Of a DNA stretch of 64,000 nt, positions 22,043 to 32,971 are shown piece by piece. Numbering within the stretch: the stretch's first letter is position 1; the number at the start of each line of letters is the position of its first letter. The stretch covers positions 16,448 to 80,447 of the forward strand of contig JBJOMY010000007.1 of assembly GCA_046052125.1 (NCBI GenBank). The letters run 5' to 3'. The position numbers were made by a program, and so were the translations under genes. This DNA is from Cyanobacteriota bacterium. GTDB taxonomy: Bacteria; Cyanobacteriota; Cyanobacteriia; PCC-6307; Cyanobiaceae. Under the pieces are notes generated by a model, which made no database searches, had not been told where the DNA came from, and was given only the letters and a program-made list of their open reading frames with translations.

Positions 22043-22390
22043 ATGGCCGACACGCTGATCAAATCCACCACCCGCCACGTGCGGATCTTCACGGCGCGTG
22101 TGGAGAACGGCCAGCTGGTGACCGATCCCCATCAGCTCACCCTCGATCTCGACCCCGACAACGAATTTCTCTGGGACAACGCCAGCCAGGAGGCGGTGCA
22201 GCAGCGCTTCCGCGAACTGGTGGATGCCCATGCCGGCCAAGACCTCAACGACTACACCCTGCGGCGCATCGGCTCCGAGCTGGAGGGCAAGATCCGTGAG
22301 CTGCTGCAAGCCGGCCAGCTCCGCTACAACCCGGATTGCCGGGTGCTGAATTACTCCATGGGCCTGCCCCAGGCTCCCCAGAGCGCATGA
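22043..22390 (+). CDS. ndhM: NDH-1 subunit M
   Basis: [35 protein letters not shown]. Confidence 0.95.
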   Translation: MADTLIKSTTRHVRIFTARVENGQLVTDPHQLTLDLDPDNEFLWDNASQEAVQQRFRELVDAHAGQDLNDYTLRRIGSELEGKIRELLQAGQLRYNPDCRVLNYSMGLPQAPQSA

Positions 22391-23046
22391 CCCGATCACG
22401 CAGCGGCCGCGGCTACGACGACGATCGCTACGGCTACGCCGATGAGCGCCGGAGTCGTGATCCGCGGGGCCGCGATGCCTACGACATTCCCCGGCGTGGC
22501 GGTGGCGGGCGGCCCGGTGGGCCCGGTTCAGGTGGTGGGCCCGGCGGTGGCGGCGGCGGTTTTCAGTTCAACGTGGCGAGTATTGCGGTGCTCGCCGGCG
22601 TGATGGTGGTGGGCATTGGCATTGGCACCGGCATCTCCAGCACCACCCAGGGCGACCAAGGCAACATCGCCAGCTCGCAGCAGCTCGATATGGCGGTGCC
22701 CGATCCCGAGTTCTGCCGGCAGTGGGGTGCCAGTGCCTTCGTGATGGACATCGAGCTCTACACGACGATGAACCCCAGCACCAGCTTCGTGACCCAGCCC
22801 TCGCTCAAACCGGGCTGCGTGATCAGGCGGGAAAACTGGAGTGTGCTCCAGAAGGAAGGAGCGGTGACCGCTGAGCAGATGCGCCAGTGCAAGCAGCGCA
22901 TGAACACCTTTGCCTACATCGGTTCGGTGAAGGACAAGCCTGTAGTGCGCTGCGTCTACCAGACCGACACCAGCGAGAACAAGTTCCTCACCAAGGGCAT
23001 CGCTGACGACACCGTGGGCATCACCCCAGAAGCCGATCAGTTCTGA
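22387..23046 (+). CDS. DUF3172 family membrane-anchored protein
   Basis: Arg/Gly-rich N-terminus, one TM helix, [23 protein letters not shown]; follows ndhM. Confidence 0.75.
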   Translation: MTRSRSGRGYDDDRYGYADERRSRDPRGRDAYDIPRRGGGGRPGGPGSGGGPGGGGGGFQFNVASIAVLAGVMVVGIGIGTGISSTTQGDQGNIASSQQLDMAVPDPEFCRQWGASAFVMDIELYTTMNPSTSFVTQPSLKPGCVIRRENWSVLQKEGAVTAEQMRQCKQRMNTFAYIGSVKDKPVVRCVYQTDTSENKFLTKGIADDTVGITPEADQF

Positions 23047-24038
23047 TCAGCAGCTCCAGCCTCTGAGCCAGCCGGGGGCACCTGGTTCTGGAGCAGGGGC
23101 CGGCGCAGAGGGCTATCAGGGCTGGCAAACACCGGTAGCACCTCCTTGCGGAACGCATCCGCAGCGCGCGAGCAGTAGCGGGATGGGTGGCTGATCAGCT
23201 TCAGCTGCCGCCGCACAGACAGATCAGCCAAGGCCGGACGGTGCAGGCTGCCGGCGGCCAGCTCCCGCTCGATCGACACCACCGGCAGGAACGCCGCGCC
23301 CAGGCCGCTCTGCACCGCGTTCTTGATGGCCTCAAACGAGTTGAGCTCCATCTCAATCTTCAGCCGCGATACATCCAGGCCCGATCTCGCCAACAGCTGG
23401 TCAACCATCTTGCGGGTGGTCGACTGGGCATCGAGGCAAACAAAGCCGAGGCGATAGAGATCGTCTTTGTTCAGTTCAGGCAGCCGGGCCAGGGGATGTT
23501 TGGTGGGCAGCACCAGAGCCAGCTCATCGCTGGCGTAGGGCACCACCTGCAGCAGATCGTTGAGCTCGCTGGGCAGCTCACCGCCAATGATCGCCAGGTC
23601 GATCTGACCATTGGCCACACTCCAGCCCGTGCGGCGGGTGCTGTGCACCTGCAGCTGCACGGCCACATCGGGATATTTCTGGCGGAACAGCCCGATCATC
23701 CGAGGCATCAAATAGGTGCCCGTGGTCTGGCTCGCCCCCACCACCAGCGAGCCGCCCTTGAGGTTGTGGAGATCGTCGAGGGCGCGGCAGGCCTCCTGGC
23801 ATTGGCTCAGGATCCGATCGCAGTAGCTGAGCAGCAGATGCCCCGCTTCGGTGAGCTGGGCCTTGCGGCCGCCCCGATCGAACAGCGACACATTCAGCTG
23901 CTTCTCCAGGTTCTGGATCTGCAGGCTCACCGCCGGCTGGGTGACGTACAGGCTGTCGGCCGCTTTCTTAAAGCTGCCCTCGCTGGCAATCGCCCGCAGG
24001 ATGCGCAGCTGATCGAGGGTGAAGGGCAGATCAGCCAT
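23037..24038 (-). CDS. rbcR: LysR-type regulator RbcR/Ycf30
   Basis: [14 protein letters not shown]...[24 protein letters not shown]...[12 protein letters not shown]. Confidence 0.9.
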   Translation of the reverse strand: MADLPFTLDQLRILRAIASEGSFKKAADSLYVTQPAVSLQIQNLEKQLNVSLFDRGGRKAQLTEAGHLLLSYCDRILSQCQEACRALDDLHNLKGGSLVVGASQTTGTYLMPRMIGLFRQKYPDVAVQLQVHSTRRTGWSVANGQIDLAIIGGELPSELNDLLQVVPYASDELALVLPTKHPLARLPELNKDDLYRLGFVCLDAQSTTRKMVDQLLARSGLDVSRLKIEMELNSFEAIKNAVQSGLGAAFLPVVSIERELAAGSLHRPALADLSVRRQLKLISHPSRYCSRAADAFRKEVLPVFASPDSPLRRPLLQNQVPPAGSEAGAADQN

Positions 24039-24152
24039 TGCTCTGGAGAATCCAGCGTCGCCCCAAGGCGCAGCGGCAGTCGTTGCTGAACTCTAGGGGC
24101 AGGAAGCCTGCTCCTGGTCTGGCGGCATCAATCGTCAGAATCGAAAGCCCTC

Positions 24153-24905
24153 TTGCCGCAGCAACCCGAGATGCCCAGCTCACCGCACCACAGCAGCTGG
24201 GTGATGTTGGCGCTGTTGCTGGGCTTTGCCGTACTCCACAGCGGCGGTGCTTCCCTGCGCTATTGGGGTGTGGAGCGGATTGGCGAACGGGCCTGGCGGC
24301 TGCTGTTTGCGGCGGTGAGCATCCCCTCGGCGGTGGTGGTGATCGGCTATTTCCTCGCCCACCGCTACGACGGCCTGCGCCTTTGGAACCTGCAGGAGCA
24401 GCCCTGGATCATCCCGGTGGTGTGGGTGGGCACCGCCATCAGCTTTCTCTTTCTCTATCCAGCCACTTACAACCTGCTGGAGATCCCGGCCGTGCTCAAG
24501 CCGCAGGTGCGGATGTACGCCACCGGGATCATCCGCATCAGCCGCCATCCCCAGGCGATCGGCCAGATCCTCTGGTGCTGCACCCATCTGCTCTGGATCG
24601 GCAGCAGCTTCATGGTGGCCACCTGTGCGGGCTTGATCGCCCATCACTTGTTTGCCATCTGGAATGGCGATCGGCGCCTCAGCAATCGCTTCGGCGCTGC
24701 TTTTGAGGAACTCAAGGCGAACACCTCGGTGATCCCGTTCCAAGCGGTGATCGACGGACGCCAGCAGCTCCAGCTCAGCGAATTTCTGCGGCCCGCCCAG
24801 CTGGGAATCGTGATCGCGGTGGGCGTGTTCTGGTGGGCCCACCGCTTCATTGGCACCGGAGCCGTGGCCTTCAGCCGCACGGGGCTGGCCCACTGGCTGG
24901 GGTAG
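24153..24905 (+). CDS. NnrU-family 15-cis-zeta-carotene isomerase (Z-ISO)
   Basis: FAVLHSGGASLR, HRYDG, YPATYNLLE, TGIIRISRHPQ, TSVIPF; close to pds and crtB. Confidence 0.85.
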   Translation: MPQQPEMPSSPHHSSWVMLALLLGFAVLHSGGASLRYWGVERIGERAWRLLFAAVSIPSAVVVIGYFLAHRYDGLRLWNLQEQPWIIPVVWVGTAISFLFLYPATYNLLEIPAVLKPQVRMYATGIIRISRHPQAIGQILWCCTHLLWIGSSFMVATCAGLIAHHLFAIWNGDRRLSNRFGAAFEELKANTSVIPFQAVIDGRQQLQLSEFLRPAQLGIVIAVGVFWWAHRFIGTGAVAFSRTGLAHWLG

Positions 24906-24963
24906 CTGCGCAGGAAAGCGCCCTGAGGGCTGCCTACACTCGCCCTGACTGCTCCACCGCCGG

Positions 24964-26976
24964 ATGCCCTCGCCTGCCGAACTCGCCTGGCTGATCCCGG
25001 TCTTGCCCTTGGTGGGGGCTGCACTGGTGGGTTTGGGCCTGATCAGCTTCAACCGCACCGTGAATCGGTTGCGAAAACCGGTGGCGCTGCTGCTGATCAC
25101 CAGCGTGGGAGCGGCCGCCGTTCTCAGCTACGCCGTGTTGGCGCAGCAGCTGGCGGGGGCAGGCCCCACCGAAGTGTTGTTCAACTGGGCTAGCGCCGGC
25201 GCGTTCACCCTTGAGATGGGTTTCCGGGTGGACGCCCTGGGCGCCGTGATGCTGGCCCTGGTGACCACCATCGCCGTGCTGGTGATGGTGTACTCCGACG
25301 GCTACATGGCCCACGACAAGGGCTACGTGCGCTTTTTCACCTACCTGGCCCTGTTCAGCAGCTCGATGCTGGGCCTGGTGATCAGTCCCAACCTCCTGCA
25401 GATCTACGTGTTTTGGGAGCTGGTGGGCATGTGCTCCTACCTGCTCGTGGGCTTCTGGTACGACCGCGATGGCGCCGCCAACGCCGCCCAGAAGGCCTTT
25501 GTGGTGAACCGAGTGGGCGACTTCGGCCTGCTGCTGGGCATGCTCGGCCTGTTCTGGGCCACCGGCAGTTTTGGCTTTGAGCAGGTGGGCACAGGCCTGC
25601 AAGCCGCGATTGCCAATGGCAGCGTGTCGAACGGCATCGCTGTACTGCTCTGTCTGCTGGTGTTCATGGGGCCGATGGCGAAATCTGCCCAGTTCCCGCT
25701 TCACGTGTGGCTGCCCGATGCCATGGAGGGCCCCACACCGATCTCAGCCCTGATTCACGCCGCCACGATGGTGGCGGCCGGCGTGTTCCTGGTGGCCCGG
25801 CTCCAACCCGTCTACGTGCCCTTCCCTGAAGTGCAGGTGGTGGTGGCCGTGATCGGCACGATCACGCTGTTCCTGGGGGCCTCGATCGCCCTCACCCAGA
25901 TGGATCTCAAGAAGGGCCTGGCCTACAGCACCGTGAGCCAGCTCGGCTACATGATGCTGGCCATGGGCTGCGGCGCCCCGGTGGCCGGCATGTTCCACCT
26001 GGTGACCCACGCCTTCTTCAAGGCGATGCTCTTCCTGGGCTCCGGCTCGGTGATCCACGCCATGGAAGAGGTGGTGGGCCACGAACCGGTGCTCGCCCAG
26101 GACATGCGCCTGATGGGCGGCCTGCGCAAACACATGCCGATCACCAGCAGCACCTTCTTCATCGGCTGCCTGGCGATCAGCGGCATCCCGCCCCTGGCGG
26201 GCTTCTGGAGCAAGGACGAGATCCTCGGCCAAGCCTTCGGCAGCTTCCCGGTGCTGTGGGTGGCCGGCTTCATCACCGCCGGCATGACTGCCTTCTACAT
26301 GTTCCGGCTCTACTTCCTCACCTTCGAGGGCAGCTTCCGGGGCAACGACAAAGCGATGCAGGCCCAGCTGATGGCCGCCGCAGGCAAAGGATCCGACGAC
26401 CACGGCGATGACCATGGTCATGCCCACGCCGATCACCCCCACGAATCCGGCTGGCAGATGGCCATGCCTCTGGCGGTCCTGGCAGTGCCCTCAGCCCTGG
26501 TGGGTCTGTTGGGTGTGCCCTGGAACAGCCGCTTCGGCACCCTCCTCGATCCCCATGAAGCCGCCGAGGTGGCCGAACACTTCAGCTGGGGTGAATTCCT
26601 GCCCCTGGCCGGCGCTTCCGTTGGCATCTCCCTAGTTGGCATCACCGTGGCCGTGCTGGCCTACGCCCTGCGCAAGATCGATCTGGGCACCGCCGTCGCG
26701 GCGCGCTTCCCCACGATCAATGCCTTCCTGGCCAACAAGTGGTACCTCGATGCCATCAACGACAAGCTGTTCGTGCAGGGCAGCCGCAAGCTGGCCCGCT
26801 CGGTGCTCGAGGTCGACTCCAAGGTGGTGGACGGCGTGGTAAACCTCACCGGCCTGGTGACCCTCGGCAGCGGCGAAGGCCTCAAATACTTCGAAACCGG
26901 CCGCGCCCAGTTCTATGCCCTGATCGTGTTCGGCGGGGTGATCGCACTTGTGGTGCTGTTCGGAGCACTCGGTTGA
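24964..26976 (+). CDS. ndhF1: NDH-1 subunit 5 (NdhF1)
   Basis: YSDGYMAHDKGYVRFF, NRVGDFG, KSAQFPLHVWLPDAMEGPTPISALIHAATMV, GEGLKYFETGRAQFY. Confidence 0.96.
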   Translation: MPSPAELAWLIPVLPLVGAALVGLGLISFNRTVNRLRKPVALLLITSVGAAAVLSYAVLAQQLAGAGPTEVLFNWASAGAFTLEMGFRVDALGAVMLALVTTIAVLVMVYSDGYMAHDKGYVRFFTYLALFSSSMLGLVISPNLLQIYVFWELVGMCSYLLVGFWYDRDGAANAAQKAFVVNRVGDFGLLLGMLGLFWATGSFGFEQVGTGLQAAIANGSVSNGIAVLLCLLVFMGPMAKSAQFPLHVWLPDAMEGPTPISALIHAATMVAAGVFLVARLQPVYVPFPEVQVVVAVIGTITLFLGASIALTQMDLKKGLAYSTVSQLGYMMLAMGCGAPVAGMFHLVTHAFFKAMLFLGSGSVIHAMEEVVGHEPVLAQDMRLMGGLRKHMPITSSTFFIGCLAISGIPPLAGFWSKDEILGQAFGSFPVLWVAGFITAGMTAFYMFRLYFLTFEGSFRGNDKAMQAQLMAAAGKGSDDHGDDHGHAHADHPHESGWQMAMPLAVLAVPSALVGLLGVPWNSRFGTLLDPHEAAEVAEHFSWGEFLPLAGASVGISLVGITVAVLAYALRKIDLGTAVAARFPTINAFLANKWYLDAINDKLFVQGSRKLARSVLEVDSKVVDGVVNLTGLVTLGSGEGLKYFETGRAQFYALIVFGGVIALVVLFGALG

Positions 26977-26977
26977 T

Positions 26978-27057
26978 GGTCTGAGGCGTTGCCCTTTCGC
27001 CGGCTGCCGCTCGCGCTGCGCGCGGCGGATGCCGGCTGCAGGGCAACGCCTCAGACC
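26978..27057. repeat. Long inverted repeat, hairpin 1 (18-bp perfect arms)
   Basis: GGTCTGAGGCGTTGCCCT (26978-26995) and AGGGCAACGCCTCAGACC (27040-27057), with further internal pairing. Confidence 0.95.
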
Positions 27058-27067
27058 CTCCGCAGGC

Positions 27068-27120
27068 GGGTGCTGGCGCGAGGATGTGAGCCTCATGGGT
27101 CACGAAGCCGCCAGCGCCCG
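27068..27120. repeat. Inverted repeat, hairpin 2 (12-bp arms, one G-U pair)
   Basis: CGGGTGCTGGCG (27068-27079) and CGCCAGCGCCCG (27109-27120). Confidence 0.8.
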
Positions 27121-27160
27121 GCGGCCTCAGCCTGGTGAGGCTCTTTGGCAACAACTCCTG

Positions 27161-27233
27161 GTGGCGGGTGTGTGTCCGCGGGGCGATGTCCGCCCCCAGC
27201 GGTGATCGCCCCGCGGACACACACCCCAGCCAC
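27161..27233. repeat. Long inverted repeat, hairpin 3 (22-bp perfect arms)
   Basis: GGGTGTGTGTCCGCGGGGCGAT (27166-27187) and ATCGCCCCGCGGACACACACCC (27205-27226); outer GTGGC/GCCAC and inner CCGC/GCGG also pair. Confidence 0.95.
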
Positions 27234-27315
27234 AACGCTCTGTGTGACATCCGCCACGCCATCGATGCAGCAGCGGAAGTGATTTCTACACTCCGCCCAG
27301 AGCCGTTGCCCCTCT

Positions 27316-28947
27316 GTGCACCTGGATGTCGCCACGTTCCTGGCCACCACCGCAGGCCAGGGCAGCAGCACTGCCTTTCCGTGGCTGAGCGCCTCGATCC
27401 TGTTCCCGATCGGCGCCGCGCTCTGCATTCCGTTTGTGCCCGATGAGGGTGATGGCAAGAAGGTGCGCTGGTTCGCCCTTGGCATCGCCCTGATCACCTT
27501 CCTGCTCACGGTGGGGGCCTACCTCACGGGCTACGACCCCAGCAACCCGGATCTGCAGCTGGTGGAGAAGGTGAGCTGGCTCCCGGATCTGGGGCTGGCC
27601 TGGTCGGTAGGGGCCGACGGTATCTCGATGCCACTGATCCTGCTCACCAGCTTCATCACCGCCCTGGCCGTGCTCGCCGCCTGGCCGGTGAGCTTCAAGC
27701 CAAAGCTGTTCTATTTCCTGTTGCTGGCGATGGACGGCGGCCAGATCGCCGTATTCGCCGTCCAGGACATGCTCCTGTTCTTCCTGGCCTGGGAGCTGGA
27801 ACTCCTCCCGGTCTATCTGCTGCTGGCCATCTGGGGCGGCAAAAAACGCCAGTACGCCGCCACCAAATTCATCCTCTACACGGCCGGCAGCTCGCTGTTC
27901 ATCCTGCTGGCGGGCCTGGCCATGGCCTTCTATGGCGGCCACATCAGCTTCGACTACAGCGAGCTGATGGCCAAGGGCTTCCCGGTGAAGTTCCAGTTGC
28001 TGGCTTACGCGGGGCTGTTGATCGCCTTTGGGGTGAAGTTGCCGATCGTGCCGCTGCACACCTGGCTACCGGACGCCCACGGCGAAGCCACCGCTCCGGT
28101 GCACATGCTGCTGGCGGGCATCCTGCTGAAGATGGGCGGCTACGCCCTGCTGCGCTTCAACTGCCAGATCCTTCCCGATGCCCATGCGGTGTTTGCGCCG
28201 CTCTTGGTGGTGCTGGGGGTGGTGAACATCATTTACGCCGCGCTCACCTCCTTTGCGCAGCGCAACCTCAAACGCAAGATCGCCTACAGCTCGATCAGCC
28301 ACATGGGCTTCGTGTTGATCGGCATCGGCAGCTTCAGCGCCCTGGGCTCCAGTGGCGCCATGCTCCAGATGATCAGCCACGGCCTGATCGGCGCTTCGCT
28401 GTTCTTCCTGGTGGGGGCCACCTACGACCGCACCCACACCCTCCAGCTCGATGAGATGGGGGGCGTGGGCCAGAAGATGCGCAAGATGTTTGCCCTCTGG
28501 ACGGTCTGCTCGCTTGCCTCACTCGCCCTGCCGGGGATGAGTGGTTTTGTGAGTGAGCTGATGGTGTTTGTGGGCTTCGCCACCGATGACGCCTACACCC
28601 TGCCGTTCCGGGTGGCCGTGGATGGCTTGGCGGCAATTGGCGTGATCCTCACGCCGATCTACCTGCTCTCGATGCTGCGGGAGATCTTCTACGGCCAGGA
28701 AAAAGCGGAGCTCGTGGGGCACACCAACCTGGTGGATGCCGAGCCGCGCGAGATCTACATCATTGGCTGCCTGCTGGTGCCGATCATCGGCATCGGCCTC
28801 TACCCCCGCCTGATGACCGACAGCTACAAGGCCTCGATGGAGGTGCTGGTGGCACGCGATGAAAGCGCCATGAAAGCGATGAACGCTCCGGCGGGGGCGG
28901 GCCTGATTCGCCAGGCTCCCTTGAGAGCGCCGGCTCTGGCTGGGTAA
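27316..28947 (+). CDS. ndhD: NDH-1 subunit 4 (NdhD1)
   Basis: [55 protein letters not shown]; follows ndhF1. Confidence 0.95.
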   Translation: MHLDVATFLATTAGQGSSTAFPWLSASILFPIGAALCIPFVPDEGDGKKVRWFALGIALITFLLTVGAYLTGYDPSNPDLQLVEKVSWLPDLGLAWSVGADGISMPLILLTSFITALAVLAAWPVSFKPKLFYFLLLAMDGGQIAVFAVQDMLLFFLAWELELLPVYLLLAIWGGKKRQYAATKFILYTAGSSLFILLAGLAMAFYGGHISFDYSELMAKGFPVKFQLLAYAGLLIAFGVKLPIVPLHTWLPDAHGEATAPVHMLLAGILLKMGGYALLRFNCQILPDAHAVFAPLLVVLGVVNIIYAALTSFAQRNLKRKIAYSSISHMGFVLIGIGSFSALGSSGAMLQMISHGLIGASLFFLVGATYDRTHTLQLDEMGGVGQKMRKMFALWTVCSLASLALPGMSGFVSELMVFVGFATDDAYTLPFRVAVDGLAAIGVILTPIYLLSMLREIFYGQEKAELVGHTNLVDAEPREIYIIGCLLVPIIGIGLYPRLMTDSYKASMEVLVARDESAMKAMNAPAGAGLIRQAPLRAPALAG

Positions 28948-29034
28948 CAAAGCTTTCAGGCTCTCGCCCCAGCGTTGAACATCGCCGATCGAGCTTCGTA
29001 ATCTCGGGCTCCAGGATTCCGCACCAACCGATCG

Positions 29035-29394
29035 ATGAAGCAGCTGAACTTCCTGCTGATCTTCAGCTTCGGCCTCGCCATGGTGATGTTCACGCTGGAG
29101 AACACCGCCGCCACCACGGTTCAGTTCCTGCCCGGGCTGAGTGCCACCCTGCCGCTTGCAGCCCTACTGCTGCTCGTGGGTGGCATCGGCGCGACCGCCG
29201 CCTGGGTGTTTGCCGTGTGGACCGGTGTGGTGAAGCGGGTGGAAAGCCAAGTGGATCCCGGTGAGATGGAAGCGCAGCAGGTGCGCATCCGCGAGCTTGA
29301 ACAAGACGTGCAGCGCTACCGAGCCACCGTGGATGCTCAGCTGGGGCTATTGCCGGCAGCCGGAGAGAGTTCAGCCCAGAGCGAAGCCGCCTGA
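29035..29394 (+). CDS. LapA-domain (DUF1049) membrane protein
   Basis: Two TM helices separated by FTLEN...VQF, followed by a coiled-coil tail. Confidence 0.7.
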   Translation: MKQLNFLLIFSFGLAMVMFTLENTAATTVQFLPGLSATLPLAALLLLVGGIGATAAWVFAVWTGVVKRVESQVDPGEMEAQQVRIRELEQDVQRYRATVDAQLGLLPAAGESSAQSEAA

Positions 29395-29459
29395 AATCCA
29401 GCTCTGGCCTGGCTTTTCAGGCTCATAGCCGATAAGGTCGGACGAGTTCAGGCGGATCC

Positions 29460-30341
29460 GTGGCCACAGATGGCGCCAGGCTGGCCATCCGCCTGTTGCA
29501 GGACGCCGCGGAACGAGGCGAACTGGACCCCTGGGATGTGGACGTGATCGCCGTTGTGGACGGCTTTCTCGACCAATTGCGCCAACGGATTGAAGTGCCC
29601 AGGCTCGTAGCCGCCATGGGCCGGGGCGGCAGCTACGAACAAGACCTCGCCGAAACCAGCGAGGCCTTCCTGGCCGCTTCGATGCTGGTGAGCCTGAAGG
29701 CGGAGGTGCTGGAGGCACAAACCTTCCCGCCGGAGCCCCTCGCCGAGGACGACTTCAGCTTCGACTTCGATGCCGAAGGGCAGGGCTGGCTGCTCAGCCC
29801 CGGCGTGGAACTGCCCAGGCGCCCGGAGCGGCATCTGCTGCGGCGGCCTGTGGCGCCGCCGCCCCTGCAACGCCCGGTGACCCTGGGGGAACTGATCCGC
29901 CAGCTGGAGGACATCGCCGAGCGCCTTGAGCAGGACGAGGTGCAGCGCAGCAAGCGCCAACGCAGCAAGCGCTACAGCGATCGGGCGGTGATCGAGCAGG
30001 TGGCAGCCCTGGCCCACCGCGAGAAGCTGCCGGAAACCACCGCCGCCCTCAGTCAGTTCCTGCTGCAGTGGCCCCAATCTCTGGAGTGGACCTGCTTCGA
30101 AGGCCTCGTGCAGGAGTGGCGGGCCGTTGCCCCGGCCGATCTGGATAGCGATCGGGTGGGGGTGTTCTGGGCTCTGTTGTTTCTCTGCTCCCAGGGAAAG
30201 GTGGAGCTGGAGCAGCAGGGGGGATTGTTTGGGCCGTTGCAGCTCAAGCGGCTGCTCGATGAGCGTGAGAGCGTGCAGTTGCCCCTGCCTGCAGAACTGG
30301 GGTCAGCTCGGGGGCCGGCTCGAGAGCCGCTTGCGGCCTAG
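29460..30341 (+). CDS. scpA: Segregation and condensation protein A
   Basis: GELDPWDVDVIAVVD, FLAASMLVSLKA, RPVTLGELI, VGVFWALLFL, VELEQ. Confidence 0.88.
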   Translation: MATDGARLAIRLLQDAAERGELDPWDVDVIAVVDGFLDQLRQRIEVPRLVAAMGRGGSYEQDLAETSEAFLAASMLVSLKAEVLEAQTFPPEPLAEDDFSFDFDAEGQGWLLSPGVELPRRPERHLLRRPVAPPPLQRPVTLGELIRQLEDIAERLEQDEVQRSKRQRSKRYSDRAVIEQVAALAHREKLPETTAALSQFLLQWPQSLEWTCFEGLVQEWRAVAPADLDSDRVGVFWALLFLCSQGKVELEQQGGLFGPLQLKRLLDERESVQLPLPAELGSARGPAREPLAA

Positions 30342-30387
30342 TCGTGGTGCGTAAGGTGGCTGGACTCACCGAAAGCAGACAGCGCCG

Positions 30388-31569
30388 ATGAAGGCGATGA
30401 TCCTGGCGGCCGGTAAGGGGACCCGGGTGCGACCGATCACCCACATCGTCCCCAAACCGATGATTCCCATCCTTCAGAAACCCGTGATGGAGTTTCTGCT
30501 GGAGCTGCTGCGGGAACACGGCTTCACCGAAATCATGGTGAATGTCTCCCACTTGGCTGAGGAGATTGAGAACTACTTTCGCGATGGCCAGCGCTTCGGC
30601 GTGGAAATCGCTTACAGCTTTGAAGGCCGCATCGAAGACGGCCAGCTGATCGGTGATGCCCTCGGATCCGCCGGCGGACTGAAGAAGATCCAAACCTTCC
30701 AGCGCTTCTTCGACGACACCTTCGTGGTGCTCTGCGGCGATGCCCTGATCGATCTCGATCTGAGCGAAGCGGTGCGGCGCCACAAGGCCAAAGGGGCCAT
30801 GGCCAGCCTGATCACCAAGCGCGTGCCGCGCGATCAGGTGAGCAGCTATGGCGTGGTGGTGACCGATGCCGACGGCCGGGTGCGCTCCTTCCAGGAGAAG
30901 CCGGCGGTGGATGAAGCCGCTAGCGACATGATCAACACCGGCATCTACATCTTCGAGCCCGAGGTGCTCGATTATGTGCCGGAGGGCGTGCCCTTCGACA
31001 TCGGTTCGGATCTGTTTCCGCGCCTGGTGGCCGACGATGCCGCCTTCTACGCCCTGCCGATGGAATTCGAATGGGTGGATATCGGCAAAGTGCCCGATTA
31101 CTGGCAGGCGATCCGCAGCGTGCTGCAGGGCCAGGTGCGGCAGGTGCAGATCCCCGGCAAGGAGGTGCGCCCGGGCATCTACGCCGGCCTCAATGTGGCC
31201 GCTAACTGGGACAAGATCAATGTGCAGGGCCCCATCTACGTGGGCGGCATGAGCCGCATCGAAGACGGCGCCACGATCATTGGCCCGGCAATGATTGGCC
31301 CCAGCTGCCACATCTGCGAGGGCGCCACGATCGATAACTCGATCATCTTCGATTACTCCAGGATTGGCCCAGGCGTGCGGCTGGTGGAGAAGCTGGTGTT
31401 CGGCCGCTACTGCGTGGACCGCAATGGTGACCACTTCGACCTGCAGGAAGCAGCGCTCGACTGGCTGATCACCGATGTGCGCCGCCAGGATCACGTGAGC
31501 CCCTCACCGCAGCAGAAAGCCATGGCCGAACTACTCGGCACCGATCTGGCGATCAGCAACGCGAGCTGA
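30388..31569 (+). CDS. cugP: NDP-sugar pyrophosphorylase (CugP-type UDP-glucose pyrophosphorylase)
   Basis: MKAMILAAGKGTRVRPIT..PKPMIP, GSAGG, CGDA, FQEKP, WVDIG, C-terminal hexapeptide repeats. Confidence 0.8.
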   Translation: MKAMILAAGKGTRVRPITHIVPKPMIPILQKPVMEFLLELLREHGFTEIMVNVSHLAEEIENYFRDGQRFGVEIAYSFEGRIEDGQLIGDALGSAGGLKKIQTFQRFFDDTFVVLCGDALIDLDLSEAVRRHKAKGAMASLITKRVPRDQVSSYGVVVTDADGRVRSFQEKPAVDEAASDMINTGIYIFEPEVLDYVPEGVPFDIGSDLFPRLVADDAAFYALPMEFEWVDIGKVPDYWQAIRSVLQGQVRQVQIPGKEVRPGIYAGLNVAANWDKINVQGPIYVGGMSRIEDGATIIGPAMIGPSCHICEGATIDNSIIFDYSRIGPGVRLVEKLVFGRYCVDRNGDHFDLQEAALDWLITDVRRQDHVSPSPQQKAMAELLGTDLAISNAS

Positions 31570-32473
31570 TTCCAGCGCGCTCCAGGATCAGGGGAATGCG
31601 TTCCTCGGCTTTCACCGCCATCAGGTGCACGCCCTGGGCAATGCCCGCGTAAGCAGCCACCTGCTCAGCGGCGATGCTGATGCCCTCATCGGCGGGATTG
31701 GCAGCCGCCGCCAGCCTGTCGACGATCGTTTGTGGGATGTTCGCGCCTGGCACCACGCGGTTGATGAAGGCGGCATTTTTGGCCGACTTGAGCAGAAACA
31801 CCCCGGCCAGCACCGGCAGGCCCAAAGGGCCGGTGATCTCACCCACAAAGCGCCGCAGGCACTCGCTGTCCATCACCATCTGGGTTTGAAGGAAGCGTGC
31901 GCCGGCTTGATGCTTGCGGGCGATCCGGCTCTTGAGGCCACTCCAGCTGGGGCTCTGGGGATCGGCGGCGGCACCGGGGAACAGAGCCGTCGGCCCATCG
32001 GGCAAGGCACCCTGCACAGGATCCACGCCCTGATTGAACGCCTGCAGCTGCTGCAACAGCCGCACGGATTCGAGCTCATTCACCGGCCGGGCCCCAGGCT
32101 GATCACCCGCCCGCACCGGATCACCAGTGAGGCAAAGCACGTTGCGGATTCCAAGGGCATGGGCGCCAAGCAGATCGGCTTGCAGGCCAATGCGATTGCG
32201 ATCGCGGCAGGCCAGCTGCCACACAGGCTCAATCCCCTCATCGAGCAACAGACGGCAGACCGCCAGGCTGCTCATCCGCATCACGGCACGGCTGCCATCG
32301 GTGACATTCACCGCATGCACCAGGCCTTTGAGGGCGCGGGCGTGGGAGAGGGTGCCGCTGGCATCCCCTCCCCGTGGCGGCATCACCTCGGCTGTGATGG
32401 CAAGCGAGCCCACCTCCAGTGCCTGCTGCAGCCCCAAAACGCCTTGGTTCAGATGCTGGCCATCATCGGCCAC
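31553..32473 (-). CDS. metF: Methylenetetrahydrofolate reductase
   Basis: TAEVMPPRG, NVTDGSRA, CRDRNRIGLQ, LTGDP, GARFLQTQ, GVHLMA. Confidence 0.92.
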   Translation of the reverse strand: MADDGQHLNQGVLGLQQALEVGSLAITAEVMPPRGGDASGTLSHARALKGLVHAVNVTDGSRAVMRMSSLAVCRLLLDEGIEPVWQLACRDRNRIGLQADLLGAHALGIRNVLCLTGDPVRAGDQPGARPVNELESVRLLQQLQAFNQGVDPVQGALPDGPTALFPGAAADPQSPSWSGLKSRIARKHQAGARFLQTQMVMDSECLRRFVGEITGPLGLPVLAGVFLLKSAKNAAFINRVVPGANIPQTIVDRLAAAANPADEGISIAAEQVAAYAGIAQGVHLMAVKAEERIPLILERAGISSRC

Positions 32474-32530
32474 AGCCCTGTCCGCACAGCGCCACTCTCC
32501 CTAGAGTGAGGCCTCGGCCGGCGGGCGTGG

Positions 32531-32773
32531 ATGGATCTCTCGGAGCGCGAACTGGAGATCATCGATCTGGTGGCTCAGGGGCTCACCAACCAGGAAATCG
32601 GCGAGCGGCTGATGATCAGCAAGCGCACGGTGGATAACCACGTGAGCAATGTGTTCACCAAAACGGGCGCCAAAAACCGGGTGGCCCTGCTGAACTGGGC
32701 CATGGATCACGGCAAGATCTGCCGGGACGGCTTCAACTGCTGCAACCTGCCTCAGGAGGGCGGGGCCGGCTGA
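32531..32773 (+). CDS. pedR: Small LuxR-type redox regulator PedR
   Basis: LSERELEII...GLTNQEI...ISKRTVDNHVSN; C-terminal ICRDGFNCC with three Cys. Confidence 0.88.
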   Translation: MDLSERELEIIDLVAQGLTNQEIGERLMISKRTVDNHVSNVFTKTGAKNRVALLNWAMDHGKICRDGFNCCNLPQEGGAG

Positions 32774-32943
32774 GCGCCAGAACGCTGCGTGATTTGCTCC
32801 CGCGCCAGGCTCGGCTCATGCACCAGGGGCTCCAGGCTGAAGCTGCCCTCCGCCAGAGCAAAGAGCTCGGCATAGGCCAGGCAGTCGGCCAGGTCGCGGC
32901 CGCTGAAACGCAACAACCCTTGCTGGTCGTAGAGCCCCAGCAC
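32752..32943 (-). CDS. Small hypothetical protein
   Basis: 63-aa ORF LGLYDQQGLLRFSGRDLADCLAYAELF, co-oriented with the CYTH gene. Confidence 0.55.
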   Translation of the reverse strand: MLGLYDQQGLLRFSGRDLADCLAYAELFALAEGSFSLEPLVHEPSLAREQITQRSGAQPAPPS

Positions 32944-32971
32944 CAGCCGCCCTCAAATCCTTAAAAGAATC

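Noticed and set aside
26389..26445. His/Asp-rich loop in NdhF1 (DDHGDDHGHAHADHPHE)
   Set aside because: Variable His-rich loops before the PHES motif are common in NdhF/NuoL
27243..27258. CRP-like site TGTGA-N6-CCACG upstream of ndhD
   Set aside because: Second half-site is a poor match and there is no independent support
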